Below, one piece after another: positions 12,947-26,433 of a stretch of DNA of 64,000 bases. Position 1 is the stretch's first letter. Each line of letters starts with the position of its first letter. The notes under the pieces were generated by a model. It was given only the letters and a program-made list of their open reading frames with translations, ran no database searches and was not told where the DNA came from. The stretch comes from Parasitella parasitica NRRL 2501 (taxonomy: Eukaryota > Fungi > Mucoromycota), in assembly GCA_025201805.1 (NCBI GenBank), contig MU619309.1, positions 64,657-128,656 on the forward strand. Direction: 5' to 3'. A program made the translations under genes and the position numbers.

Positions 12947-15900
12947 ATGAATACAGAGAGGAATAAACGCGTTAATAATGTAAAAAAAAATAGCAACCCA
13001 CATCCTGATCGCCCAATTGCTCAACCTAGACGTCGTTTAAACAGAACAACTTCAACCAATTCAGTTGGGAGCGCTGGCAGTGCTACTGGCAGCACGAGCC
13101 CAATGACTCATTTTGGACTGGGAAGCCCTTCGTCCACAGGAACAGCAGCCAAACCTCCGGTGCAGCCAGCATTTGGAGGTTTTGGTACTGCCGCTACTTC
13201 GACCGTGGGGTTCAATACTCAACCTAGCCATGGCACAGGATTTCAATCAGGCTTTGGCAGCCCCATGACAAATCCCCCTGCAACTTCAGCGACCACCTCT
13301 TCTATAGGATTCGGTGGATTTGGTGGATTTGGAAGCCCATCGGCACCTACACCAGCAGGCAATCAGCCATTTGGGGGATTTGCGACTCAAAGCAATATGA
13401 GTGCATTTGGAAGTGCAGATAAACCACCTACTTCTAGCAGCACTGCTGGAGGATTCCAGTCAGGATTTGGAAACACTTCTGGAAACTTGTTTGGTGGTTT
13501 TGGTTAGTATATTTTCACAGGAACGTCAGAATGCAGTCCATTCAACCGCCACATGTGTAGGAAAACCATCGCAAGCACCCAAGAACGATGATGACAATAT
13601 GGATGCGGATGAACAGCCCTCTGCAGCGCCTATCTTTGGCGGCTTTGGAGCTAGCAAACCTCAGACCTCAACGCCTGTGTCTGCTCCTACCTTTTCCTTT
13701 GCCTCTACCGAGCAAAAGCAATCACCATCCCCATTTGCAGGATTCTCGTTTGGTAAACCAGCAACGACTAGTGCCTCTACAACCAATCCTCCAGCGTCAA
13801 CAGCAACAACAGCAACAACAGCAACAACAGCAACAACAGCAACAACAGCAATAACAGCAGCAACAACAACAACAACATCATCATCACCTTTTGGTGGATT
13901 CAATCAAACCGGTTCCAGCGACACCAAAGATACGCAGAAATCTGCAGAAGCAAATAAGCCATTCAGTGGATTTAGTTTTGGGACACCCAATACCAGCACA
14001 TCGACCATCTCATTTGGCACTACGAAAGCAACCGAAGACAAGCCTAGTATTGCCCCGTCACCGTTTGCATCATTTGGAATGCCACCCAAAACCACATCTC
14101 TGACTGCTGCCTCTACCGCTGCGAGCACATCTACCATTTCGTTTGGCACCACCAAAGCCATCAATGACAAACCATCACCATTTGCTTCATTCGGTGCTCC
14201 GTCCAAAACCACCCCATCACCATTCACTTCATTCGGTGCCCCATCACAAGTCGCAGCTTTGCCATTTACCGGCTTTGGCCAATCTGCTCCCTCTGCCAAG
14301 ATTACCGAGATTCACTCCCCTGAAAGTAACAAAGGAGAGGACAAAGAAGAGCAAACTGGCATTAATGAACCGTCTGCATCTGAAAGCCTCAAGTCAGCCA
14401 GTGAAAGTGCCGCCCCACCACCAGCATTTTCGCTGAATACTCCCTCTGTCAAGCCTGCTGAGGAAGCATCTGCGAAAGATGATAAAAAAGTAACAGCAAC
14501 TTCCGCCGCAAACGATACCTCAGACAATGAAACTGCCTCTTCTTTGTCTGACCAACAGCGCAAAATCAGCTCAACATCTACAGCCTCTGACACCAGCACT
14601 CAGGTAGTAGCAGTAGCATCTCCTGCCCCTTTTGCCTCTCTCGCTGCAAAAAAATCCGACGAGCCTTCAGAGCCAAACAAACCCGCATTTACTTTTGGTT
14701 CGTCTAGTAAAAATGCAACAGACGGATTTTCTATCGCAAAGCCATCAGACCCTCCTGCAGCTGCATCTTTATTCTCTGATAAATCTGACAAGAAATCTGA
14801 AGGCACAGTATCAGACAGCGCAAGCACCAAAAGTGATAAAACGCCCGTGTTTTCATTTGGAAACCTCCCAGCAGCAACGTCTTTAGCTGATAAGCCTACT
14901 TCCTCTCCCTTCTCGTTCTCATTCAACAAACCATCCAGCAGTGATACAGCTGCTGCAACCCCCAAGCCTTTTGCGTTTGGAATGAATACAGCCACAACAG
15001 CAACCGACAAGCCCGAAGCGTCGCAACCTTTCACGTTTAATGCGCCTGCATCTACAACTGTTGACAAGCCCTCTCCATTCAAATTCTCTGGGTCCACTAG
15101 CAGCTCTGGGGACAAGCCTGCAAGCTTCTCATTCAATGCCCCTGCCGTCGCCACTGCCAGCAGTAGTACTGGTTTTGGCAAAAAGAGAGATAGAGACGTA
15201 GATACAGACGATAGCAGCAACGAGCAACAATTGCACAAAAAGAGCAACACATCAAGCTTTGGTGCGCCCAAATCAACTTCTACACCTCCATTCTCATTCA
15301 ATACTCCAGCCAAGGACTCTAGTTCTTCTTCCGTTACATTTGGCGCGACACCTAGCAAATCAGACAATAGCACCAAGGAATCCACCGCTGCTCCCACTTT
15401 TACATTTGGCAAATCGCCTGAAAAGGGAGACTTTCAAACGTTTACATTTGGCTCGCCTGCAAATGCTGGTGGCGCTGAAAAGAAAGACTCCTCTGCAGCG
15501 GCATCTACCACACCAAAGAAAACCTTTACTTTTGGTGCGCCTCCATTGACAACAGATTCAGCAACCACTGAAGACAAAGGAAAGGCTAAGGCTACCGCTG
15601 TTGACAGTAATAAGCCTGCTCTCTCATCTGGTCCTGCTACCACCGCCCCATCTTTGACACCTTCTTTCGGTGACAAGTCAGGTGCTGGCAAAGGCGACAG
15701 TGCCGCTGCTATTTCCAAGGCAGACAGCAGCACGCTGATCCACGGCAAATCTCCTTTATCCAAATCAATCTCACCAAAGACAGGCGAAGCTTCTTCAAAT
15801 GAGGAAGCGAGCGACGAGAGCAAAGCATCCGCAAATGCTACCAAGAAAGTCAGCTTTAATCTCCCAGAAACCTCTTCTTCCTTTAGTTTGCAATCTGCGG

Positions 15901-16785
15901 CTTCGGGATCATCAGAGCCTGCATCTGTGTCTCTTGCTTTCAGCAAAGTCAAGAGCACAGAGGATCCAAATGCACCTGCAACATTGAGCATTCTTCCAAG
16001 CGCCAAAAAGGATACTTCCAGGTAAAAGTGACATCCACACAATTGGAAACAGCACAACTGACCTTTTTTTTTTTTTTTCGCTTTATATGTTAGCTCTGGC
16101 ATAAGCTTACAAACGACACTAAAGTCTAGTATTACTGAGATGAACCAAATCACATACAAGACACGCTTCTGGGAGCTTCCGGATGAAGCTAGAAATGAAC
16201 TAGCCTTGCTCGCCCACTTTATCACAGAACAGACAGACAAAAAGGATAAAATTGATCGGGAGATTGGCTCTTATTTTGGCTCCGCTTTAAAGGAAACGCA
16301 TGCTAACACCATGGCACTGAATGATGTACGTTTTTTTTTTTAATTTGACCCCTGTGTGAAGGGTTCCTATCTAACTTTTTTTTCGACAGGATGCTGTTAT
16401 TTTAGGCGAATGTTTAGAGGTTCAAAGCAAATCCATTGATGATCTCATTCTTTTGAACAAGACGCAGCGTTTGAATGCTGCTTCGGCAAGCAATATCCAG
16501 CAACAAGACTCCAAGAACTGGCGTATTCGTGGTGCTACCGAGAACTGGAACTTCTTTAACGATGCCATCTCAAACATGGAAGAAAGAATTGGCCAGTTAT
16601 CCGATTCAGTGGCTTTTGTGGAAGAGGCCGTCCACGGTTTACAGGCGCCCACGCAATTCTCGCCCCAATATGTCGGTGCAATGCTGGACGAACAACGTAA
16701 AATGTACATGTCATTGGCTGGACGTGTCGCCGACATTCACCAAGAGGCGGATCGCGTTGTGAAAAGACGTAAATTGACTAAATAA
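12947..16785 (+). CDS. Large FG/FxFG-repeat nucleoporin with Nup49/Nup58-like C-terminal coiled coil, 4 exons
   Basis: Many FGGFG, FSFG and FTFG repeats. The C-terminal ITYKTRFWELPDEARNEL segment is followed by coiled coil. Introns at about 13503-13560, 16022-16093 and 16326-16390. Confidence 0.75.
13797..13876 (+). repeat. Coding tandem repeat (ACAGCAACA)n / (CAA)n encoding a T-A-T tract
   Basis: About 6 copies of a 9-nt unit followed by a CAA run. Confidence 0.9.
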
Positions 16786-16833
16786 GATGGCTTTATATAA
16801 TTATACACACTCTCTCACAAAATACTCGCTCAA

Positions 16834-16867
<34 letters not shown>

Positions 16868-17639
16868 TAAACACATTTTTTCAAATAATAAATTGTACAT
16901 TATTATCATAAATTCCTGGTATGAAGGCCGGCTTTTTCAGAGAAAAAGAAGACGGTGGCTCATTTTTAAAAGCAGAAGCACCATCTCTTCCAACATAATA
17001 AACAAAAACGGCATCCATGTGCCTGAGAAAATGCGCTTTTTTAAAGTTCAAGTTGGGGCTTGGTATGCGCTTGCAACTTTGATGCCTTGCTTCTATAATG
17101 CCAGTTCCTCTATTCAGGGAGAAAGGAATGCATTTGCTGAATCTCGAACCTCGAACGAATTATCAATAATATGACGAGAATAGAAAGCGTAAAATCAAGG
17201 TTCATAGCCCGCGATCTCTGCTACTCCTCTTTTTTGTAATTAAAAAGTATAAGGAAAGCTGCTACTTGGTCTTTACTACAGTACTTTCTGATATACTTGA
17301 GTAGATTTCGCCGCAGGTCTCTTTATACAAGTATGCTGAGTAGTCTTGTTAAACTCAAAGGCCCGGCATGTAAAATTTTCTTCAAAAAAAAAAGTTGCAG
17401 AGTGTATCGTTCAAAGAAACTAAAAGAAGGTTTCGGAATTACCGAGAATAATATGGTATTTTTAGATTCTTGCTCATGTGTACGGATACAGTATATGTGG
17501 GCTTTTTGTTGCACAGCAACCATACAACGCGACGATTAAGTAGTATACTCCCCTCACAATAGTGAATTAACGTAGAAGTTGTTACATTTGATTTATTTCA
17601 TTTAAAAAAAATAGTGGAGCAAATGCACTGAAATGTCGT

Positions 17640-18264
17640 TTACTGAATGAAATTATTAGCACACATACTGCACATGTCGAAACAAAGGTTTACTTACATA
17701 TCTAACAGAAATCAAATAGTCACCCAACCCTTGAACAGTTTTATTACAATCACCGGCTTGCATATTTTCGCCGTACATGCCAATCAACAAAGCTTGCGTG
17801 GTCTTGACGATACACGCGCCAGTATTGTCCTAAATCAAACGAGAGAAAAAAATCAGACGCAGAGGCTCCTACAGAGTTTTTTTCGTCTATCATACCTTGA
17901 TGATTCAAGTAAACAAGAAAGAAGTTAGCTTGAAAGGTTCTTGCAGAATTCTCGTAACTAACCTTTTTGCAGTAAATATAATTATCTTCACATTTTAAAG
18001 TAAAGTACTTGTTACTATTAATATAAACACCATTGGCTTGCACTGAGTCGAGATTGCTGAAGCCCTCAATAATCTTTTTAACCTCTTCGTTGCTCACCTA
18101 TGCACTACATGCGTAAGTTTCAAGAGTGATGTCTATTAAATGGTATCTTTTACCTTAAACCCGGGAGAGGTAGCCCATGGATTTCCATCTAAACCGTAGA
18201 TTCCTGCTTGCGAAACCTTACCACTACCAACGAGATTTGTATCTATATAGGCTTGCCAAGACAT
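17640..18264 (-). CDS. PFY1: Profilin; stop codon alone in the last exon
   Basis: Spliced product MSWQAYIDTNLVGSGKVSQAGIYGLDG..WATSPGF...YIYCKK|DNTGACIVKTTQALLIGMY...LGDYLISVRY|*. Confidence 0.93.
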
Positions 18265-18487
18265 AATTTGTATTTTTTTTTATAAAACTGACTAAGAAGA
18301 AAAAGAAACGCACAAAAATCTTAACGATACTGGGCGCGTAATATAATCAAAAATTTAAACAAGAGGGTAGCACTAGGGGCTGTAATGTATCACGTGATTT
18401 AAACAACATATGATGATGATTGAATATGGTAGTAGCACACTTGAATATTGTTTAAGCATTTGGCTTTATTTTGTCTATGAGCGTTGC

Positions 18488-21400
18488 TTAGCGACCACGG
18501 CCACGACCCTGGCCCCGGCCTCCACCACGGCCACCTCTTCCTCTGCCGCCACGGCCAGATGATGAAGGTCTATTTGATTTCTCTCTTCTCTTTTCAAGAG
18601 CCACTCGGTCCTTACGAATCTGACTAGCATTCTTCAATTCACTCTTGGTACTACTAAAATTACCTACACGCTTCTTGCCTATACCGCCCTGTTCAGCAGA
18701 ACCATCCGCTTCATTCATTTTTCTCTTCTTCATCTTCTTTTCATAGTCAAATGCAAGCGGATCAACACGTTTTGCTTCTTCTGATTTGTTGTGGCGGAAG
18801 CGCTTTTGCCCCATGTTTCCTGCACCTGCCAACTCACGCTCACCAGCACGAGGCAACGTAATGTGTTTCTTTTTAGCCCATTCATCAAATCGACCACTCT
18901 TGTATGTGGCAGAAATCAACGCGCCGCTTTCCGTACGAATTAACTTTTTGTTATCAGAACCAATACCAGTGCCCTTGATGAATTTCCTCTTTTTGGAATC
19001 CCACCGAAGCATATTCTGGCTCTTTTTGATAGCATCGTTGTCATCACCTGTCAGATCAAGCTGAGCTTTGCTAGCTTGTTCCATGAAACTGCCTTCGTTG
19101 GCCATTGAATAACCGCGTTCTGTATTAGCATCCTTTTGAGTGTACGATATGTAGAATTCTTCATCACGAAAGTTGGTCTTTTTCATTTTGTCTGCAAAAA
19201 TGGCATTAGATTTCGCACGTAAAAAAAAAATTGCAAACCATCCTACAATTACCTTCTTTTGACTCTGGTATAATAAACGTCTGTGCCAGCTCTTCTTCTT
19301 CCACATTGCCGCCTAACTTTTCAACTACTTTGTTTTCATCACGAATATCAAGCGGTTTGTCTATTACGACAGACTCGGCTTCCTTTTTAGATTTATGCGC
19401 AATGATAATATTGTCAACAACTTGACGACGTCCGCGCATCATGACAGTAGCAGGAGTCAATTTCCTTGTGCCACGAATACCAAACTCAAAGATGGTTTCC
19501 GCAGGTCTGAATCCACTGATGGCGTTGATCATATTAGCGCGCACAATTTCAGCAGCGCTCTGATTTTCGTCATTGAGCAAAAGAGGATGCAGGTTGCTGA
19601 AAGCCTTCTTCTTTATGGTTACTTTGGCACGGCTGTAGCTCTCTGCTGCAGCGCGCGGTTTGGTACGATTGTATAGTTTGTATGCATTCATTGCGGTTCT
19701 GTAGATGCCTTCTAATGCAGCGTCCTTTGCGATCTTGTCATGCACCCAAGCATTGTCGTCAATCAACGAATCCTTGGGCATGGTGCCCAACACCAATTCG
19801 GACGTGTAGTCATATTCTTCTTTTTCACCTCCGAGCACAAGAGGGCGAGTAAGGAAAAGCTGCAGATCCACCAGGTAAGGAAGTTCATCAGCAGATACAA
19901 ATGAATACGCCCAGCCACGACGACCAGCACGGGCAGCACGGCCGACACGATGAACAAATACCTTGGAAGAGCCAGAGAAATCATAGTTGATGACATTTTC
20001 CAAAATTGGGATGTCAATACCACGAGCAGCAACATCAGTTACGACGAGTATGTTGGTGACACCATTTCTGAATCGATTAATCTGGATACTACGGGCAGTT
20101 TGGTCAAGGGAGCCGTAGACATAAGATACTTGATATCCAGCAATTTCTAGCAGCGTCGCTAAATACTCTACATGATGTTTTGTAGCCGCAAACAGAATGG
20201 TTTGATGGTCTGCTTCTGTGCCAGATTTTTCCTTTTGGCCAGCTTTTCTCTTTTTGTACTTTTTGATGTCTGTTTGGTCTTCGTTTTGTGTGTGTTTCGG
20301 TAGTTTGATCACATTCTTCAGCAAATAGAGCAAGGCGCCTTCCTTTTCATTGTCCTTTACAGAGAAAAAGGCCATCTCAAGATCACGAGAAATCTTTGTA
20401 TCCACATCTAAACGGACCAGCGTTGGTTCTTGCAAGCCAGCCTTTGCAAAGTCAACAAGCATTTTGGGCAAAGTGGCAGAGAACAGCAAAGTTTGGCGAC
20501 TTGGGGGTAAGCGGGACAGAATTTCGTGCAATTGAACGGCAAACCCCATTTCAAAGAGACGATCAGCTTCATCGAAAACGACGTATTCGATCGTACGGAG
20601 ATCCAGGTTCATTTCGACAGCCAAGTGCAACAGACGGCCAGGTGTGGCAATTAAAATGTCAGGGTTGGACGCAATCATTTCGAACTGTTCGTCCAAACTG
20701 TCGCCACCAACAATGCATCCACTTCGAAGGTCAGTGTATTTCATCAGCTCCTTGCAAACCTTTTGTGTCTGGAGCGCCAATTCACGCGAGGGCGACAACA
20801 CCAACCCACGGGCGCCGGTTTTCGCTGAATGGGCCTTGAGTTTTTCCAGCATTGGGATCAGAAACGCAGCAGTCTTACCAGAACCTGTACGAGCCATACC
20901 AACAACATCGTTTCCCTGGAGGATAAGAGGGATACACTTGCGCTGAACTGGTGTTGGCACTTTGAAGCCTTTGTGGATGATGGCTTTAAAGACCGAATTG
21001 CTCAGGCCCATTGACTGGAAACCACCAGACTTCTTGTTTTTGCGATTTGCTGCCAACGTTTCGGAAGCAATGAATTTTTCATCCTGATCTTCTTCGTCGC
21101 TGTCGTTCATTGTAATCGGTTTCTGCTTCTTGACTGACGCAGCAGGCGCAGCCACTGCAACTGCAGCGGGTTTCTTGGCTTTGAACTTGCCAAACATGTC
21201 CAACTCGAGATCGGAATCGCTGTCGTCCTCCTCAGCGTTATTATTCTCTGGGCGATCGCTTTGATCGCTATCACTGTCCATGATACTCTTTGTATTCGTT
21301 GGTACAATTTCAAAATCAGAGTCGTCATCGTCTTGTTCAGTTTTCTTCTTCTTGTCCTTGTTGTATTTCTTTCGTTGGAATTCTTGCTTCTTCAATTTGG

Positions 21401-21542
21401 ACTTCGAAAGTACCTTCTCGGGTGCTTTTTCTTCTTCTTTTTCTTTAGATGGAACCTTTTTTGAAAACTTTCCAGCAGCCTTTTTGCCCAACAGAGGCTT
21501 CTTGGACACAGACCTCTTGGACACAGACTTTTTAGCAACCAT
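18488..21542 (-). CDS. DBP10: DEAD-box RNA helicase Dbp10/DDX54
   Basis: [27 protein letters not shown] and HRVGRAAR motifs. C-terminal DBP10CT-like segment ([20 protein letters not shown]) and an RGG tail. One intron near 19193-19251. Confidence 0.95.
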
Positions 21543-22116
21543 ATTCGAAAGCAAAAAACTACAAAAGATTTTTAATAAAAAAGCAATCCTTCAAAATAAT
21601 ACAGTGCATGTGGCTTATGGGGAAATAATGCAAAGGATATATGTAAAGCCAGCCACGGGTTGTCAAATTCAATCCTAAATCTAAAGAGACACAGAAACTT
21701 TTGATTGCATGATGTGTAAACGAAAAGATGTAATGAGCTTGGTTCGTACTGTAGACTACAGATTCATGAAATAGATGGTACTTTTTGCAAACTGAGCAAA
21801 GAACAATAAATAAACAAGCTGTTGTTATCAGCATTTATGTTTTGAAATCGCAGCATTATGGGCTACATGAAATCGAGAAAATATCTCTCCCAAAATATAG
21901 GTAATCAAATATTATACAAAACATTATCAGCAAGTAGTATAAAAAGCGGTAATCTATGAATTATTTCTCTCTAATAAGCGTATTTTGATACAGATAGAAT
22001 TATCGGAAAAGGTGGTTTATCATGGCCAGAATTTAAATTGGCATATTATTATAGAGTAAAAAAAAAAAAAAAAAAAGGTAGATTAAAATCAAGCTATATA
22101 CATTTTTATGGTTAAA

Positions 22117-22646
22117 TTATCGCTCGACAGCTGATGCAGATCTATACTGATGTCTGGTAGCACGCTCCTGGTAATTGGTTAGTCAATAGTGATCAATTTA
22201 TGCTATTAAATGAGAGTAAAATACCTTTTGCCACTTGTCTACATATGGTTTCGCAAGTGAAAATAAGATTAAACTGATGGTGATGATCAAAAACGAGCGT
22301 ACGATAATTTCGTCTTTATAAGAATCGCGCGCTATCATGTTTATATATATTTAAGCTTTCATGGTTTTTTATTGACAGGAGCAATATCGTACTCACCAAA
22401 GCAGGCTGTTTTGAAATCATTGCTTGGACATGTGGCGTCCGCAATGCCATCGCATATTCCGTCTTTTACGTTGTCTAAGCAAAATTGCTTTGTGCAGTTG
22501 CTGCAGGGTTTAGGGTCGAGCAGTGGAAGCTCAAAAACCGTCGAGTTGGATCCACAAAAGCACTTGCAAAACATTTTGATGTCGCCTGCTTGTATCGAAG
22601 CCATGAACGTGCTGACTACAAATGATGATAATAAATGGGACTTCAT
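22117..22646 (-). CDS. Small conserved-looking fungal membrane protein: signal peptide, Cys-rich ectodomain, one TM helix; 3 exons
   Basis: FCKCFCGSNSTV...CSNCTKQFCL...TACF|ARDSYKDEIIVRSFLIITISLILFSLAKPY|ERATRHQYR...*. The splice sites are canonical. Confidence 0.75.
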
Positions 22647-25280
22647 TATAATCTAGGAGTTGGTGTGAGCTGTTTAGTTTGGAAAGAAATGGGTGCTGCT
22701 AAACGAGTAACGTTTAAAAGAGTTTGATTTGGAAGGGCGCACACAATCTTGAATTGCAAATGTGCAAGAGAAAATAGTACTAAAAATAACAAAAGTTCAT
22801 TGAAAAGATTGACCTATGGCTATTTTCAAAAGAAAAGAAAAAGGACATAATAATACAAATTATCTTGTTTAATTGTCTTTGGTTATGGATAGATCTTACA
22901 TCAGAGAATATGCAAAAAAAAATTGTGGTGCAAAACGCGTTCTGCTTCCAATAGCCATCATTCTTTGGCTGTTATTGGGATTTTTTATCTAGAGAGACTA
23001 TGCAGAACGTTTCTGTCTCTATTCATTCAAACTATTGAGCAATTGGGACATTAGACGCTGTTATTAGATGCTACAGTAAATGCCACTAATCCCATACGTT
23101 GACAAACATCTGCGATGCTGGGTGTAAGTATGTCTGTTGACTTTGGATCAAAAATCTTTAATTGGATTCAGGAACTGAGAGCAAGGTTGAAGGTAAACAA
23201 ATTTATGTCCTTGGGACTTCATAAATTTCTATACAGATAATTTTTTATGAATAGGCGTGTTATCCTGGTGGCAGATTGTTTCCTTTTTCTCCGGCACTTT
23301 CTTATGCTTTCAGTTGATCTGGCGTCTTCTAGTGTAGAAGGCCTTGTCAGACAAGCACCCAAGCTGGGCTCTCTATATGTAGTTGCACAATAGAACAGCT
23401 AGTCAAACCTGTGCCATTTTTTCCATGATTTGGAATGGTTCAAAAGTGAGTGTCTTTGTAAAGCCAGCGTAGATTTTAGGCACCTGATCCCTTTTTTTTT
23501 TTTTTTTTTTTTTGGGTCTACGCGAACTTCACTGTGTTATTGTTAGAAAAAAGACAAAAAAAGTAAGAAAACAATGTTTAGCAATCTCAATCACACAAAC
23601 AAGAAATGCAAAGTAATGCATTAGACAATAAGGCACCTTTTGGTTACATATTTGCGTAGCTTGGAGCAAGTTATTGTACTTTTAAGTTGACATCAGATGG
23701 AAGGTAGCGACATTTCTGACTTTTTTGGGAAAGGTATTTTTCAAAATCGGAGCGTGAGATCGTCAGGCCCGTTACAGGCATGCAATTTCTACCATTAGAA
23801 AGCCAAGAAGCACAAAATTAAAATAAATTAAATTTTAATTGTTTTTCTCTAGAATTGGGGAAGCTATAAATTCTCAAAGCTAATGCTTTCTTGAAAAAAA
23901 AAAAAAAAACACCAAATTTCTTTGGTAGCGGAGATTTAACGTATCCAAAAACAGGAAAGAAAAGTTCTTTCAAAAACTCTATTTGGACAATTCGAGAACA
24001 AAATTACTCCTTTGAGGTAAGATATCATCCTCTGATACTATGCATACCACGGTTGTCAGTCTATGATAACAGCTGTATTTTTGGGCGCTCTACAAGCTGG
24101 CATAATTTTGTATTTCCCGTATGCTTATGGAAGGAATTCTGTCGCGAAAACCTCAAAAACAAATTCAGAGGGATAAGTCAATATTTTGCTTAGTCAGAGC
24201 GCATTTTTAGTCTTTCAGATCAAGGAATGGCCTTGTACGATCATTTTCCTCCAATATATACCATAGTAAAAAGTTGCATTTTTGGGGTCAAAATCGAGGA
24301 TAATGCACTTTCAATAATTTTGGATGTGTAGACACAAGGAAAAAATCGAAAAAATTTGTCATTTTTGCATCGAAAAAAAAATCATGCTCAAATTGCACCA
24401 AAATCATATATAATATAGTTTTTTCCCAATGGATACTATTTCTGGTGTTTTCAGGGCACTTTTAACTAAAGAAATCGGTCAAAAAATGGCACACAAAGCT
24501 AAAGTTCTTGCTTTTAGGCTGTAAAAAGACTTATCTGGAGATGGTGTCACGTCAATATCAATTCTAGTACATAACACAGCTCTACAAAGTAAGTATTCTT
24601 GATACCACAAGTATACCTTTCTTCATGTTAATATAAAAAAAGAGGCGTGGCCCATCGAGTTGGGAGTATAAAAGGATAATTAATGAATACTTTGCTGCAA
24701 CAACCCCTTGTTCTTTGTGGAAAATTAATAAGTTGCTAATTGCTAGTCTCAGAGAAGCTCTATTACCGTTGTTGCTTATAATAATGCTTAATGCCAGTTC
24801 AAGAGCTCCTTCTTTTTGTGATTTTAATGCTAAACATGTGAAATAGAAAGCAAAATAGAGGTTTGAATTGAGGTTGAGGGTAATTTTACTAACACAAACG
24901 TTAAGCCTCATAATAAGCGTCTGGTAGAAATGTGATTGTATTTACTACTTCTTGTCCCTGCTTGAAATATTCAAGAGAGACATCTCTCTTCCCTCAGAAA
25001 CTTTTCAGCTTTTATCAGTAATAAAAGTTTGTTCTCAAAAACCCTAACATATATTATCACGCACACTGTGATATTTATCATTTAAGTGAACCTTTTTTTT
25101 TTTCTTCCAAAAATCATAAAAAGACTGTATTTGAACAAAACAATAATTGTATTTTTATACATTTGATGGTGAATAAAGTTAGGTGATTAATATATTAGGT
25201 GTAAAAACAAGAATAGAGAAGATGATAATACTAGTGCTATGTACGTCTACGTATATCTAGTTGCCTGTGTATACCTATCC

Positions 25281-26433
25281 TTAGGCCCACACTTTCAATA
25301 GATTGTCCCAGCTACCTGTGCATAAAGCCATACCATCTGTTGATACACCCAAACATGATACTCGATTCTCATGGGCGCTCAGAACACCGGCTCTTTCTCC
25401 TCTTAGGGTGTCCCAAACATGGCATTGGTAGTCATCGTAGCCGCCAAATAAGAGCCTACCAGAGATCGAAAATGCCACCGAGGTGATCCCACTAAACACC
25501 TGTTCATGCGTGAATATGTTAAGCTCTCGGTCGGCTCGAAGATCAAACAATCGGCAACTAGCGTCATCAGACCCTGTGCCGATAGCGTTACCGCTAGGAA
25601 AGAACTGGACAGCATTGATATCTGATTCATGACCGCTGAAGGATTGTACGCATTTTTTGCTTCTGATGTCCCAAATCTTGGCCGTTGCATCACAGGCGCC
25701 CGAAACAAAAATGCTGGGATTTGACGAGATTGATAAGCTATAGCATATACATTAGATATGTTGGCGAAGGGTTAAAGCTCTGTAATCACCTCATGACATC
25801 ACCAGTATGTTCAGTGAATTCATCAATCTTTACACCAGCATCAACGTCCCAGAGCACACATGTGGTATCACCACTTGACGTTAAAATTTTAGAATCGCTT
25901 AAAAACCGACAGCAGCTCAAATAGCCTGTGTGACCCGACAGCTCTCTTGCAGGCTTTGTCGGTTCTCCAGCTTTCAAATTGAATACTGAGCACATGTTGT
26001 CCAATCCACCCGAAGCAACAAAATCCCCACTTGGAGCATAGGCACAAGTCATGACCCATGAAGATTTCAATGGTATAGCGTATTTTTTGTTTGTCGAATA
26101 AGCGTCCCAGACTAGCAGCTTTCCATCCTGCGACGCTGAGACTAAATGTCGTTTATCGGCTGCCCAGTGCATGGCATAAATCTTTGCTAAATGCCCTTTT
26201 AATGTACGACGCACCTTCATTGATAGCCGTGGTAATTTTTCGACTTTTTGTGCAACTTGATGAACTGTGTTTTTGAGTGTCAACACAAATATACACCCAA
26301 TGTCTGCCTTGCATTACTTACGTGTGGTGTCTGCTAGATTTTCTTTCTTTTGCTTGATCTTGTCTTTCAATTGCTCTGCCTCTCGCCTTGCTGCTGCTGT
26401 TCTTTCAGCTATGTCTGCTGTGCTTGAGCTCAT
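25281..26433 (-). CDS. gpb1: Heterotrimeric G-protein beta subunit, 3 exons
   Basis: [50 protein letters not shown] and [13 protein letters not shown]. Confidence 0.97.
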
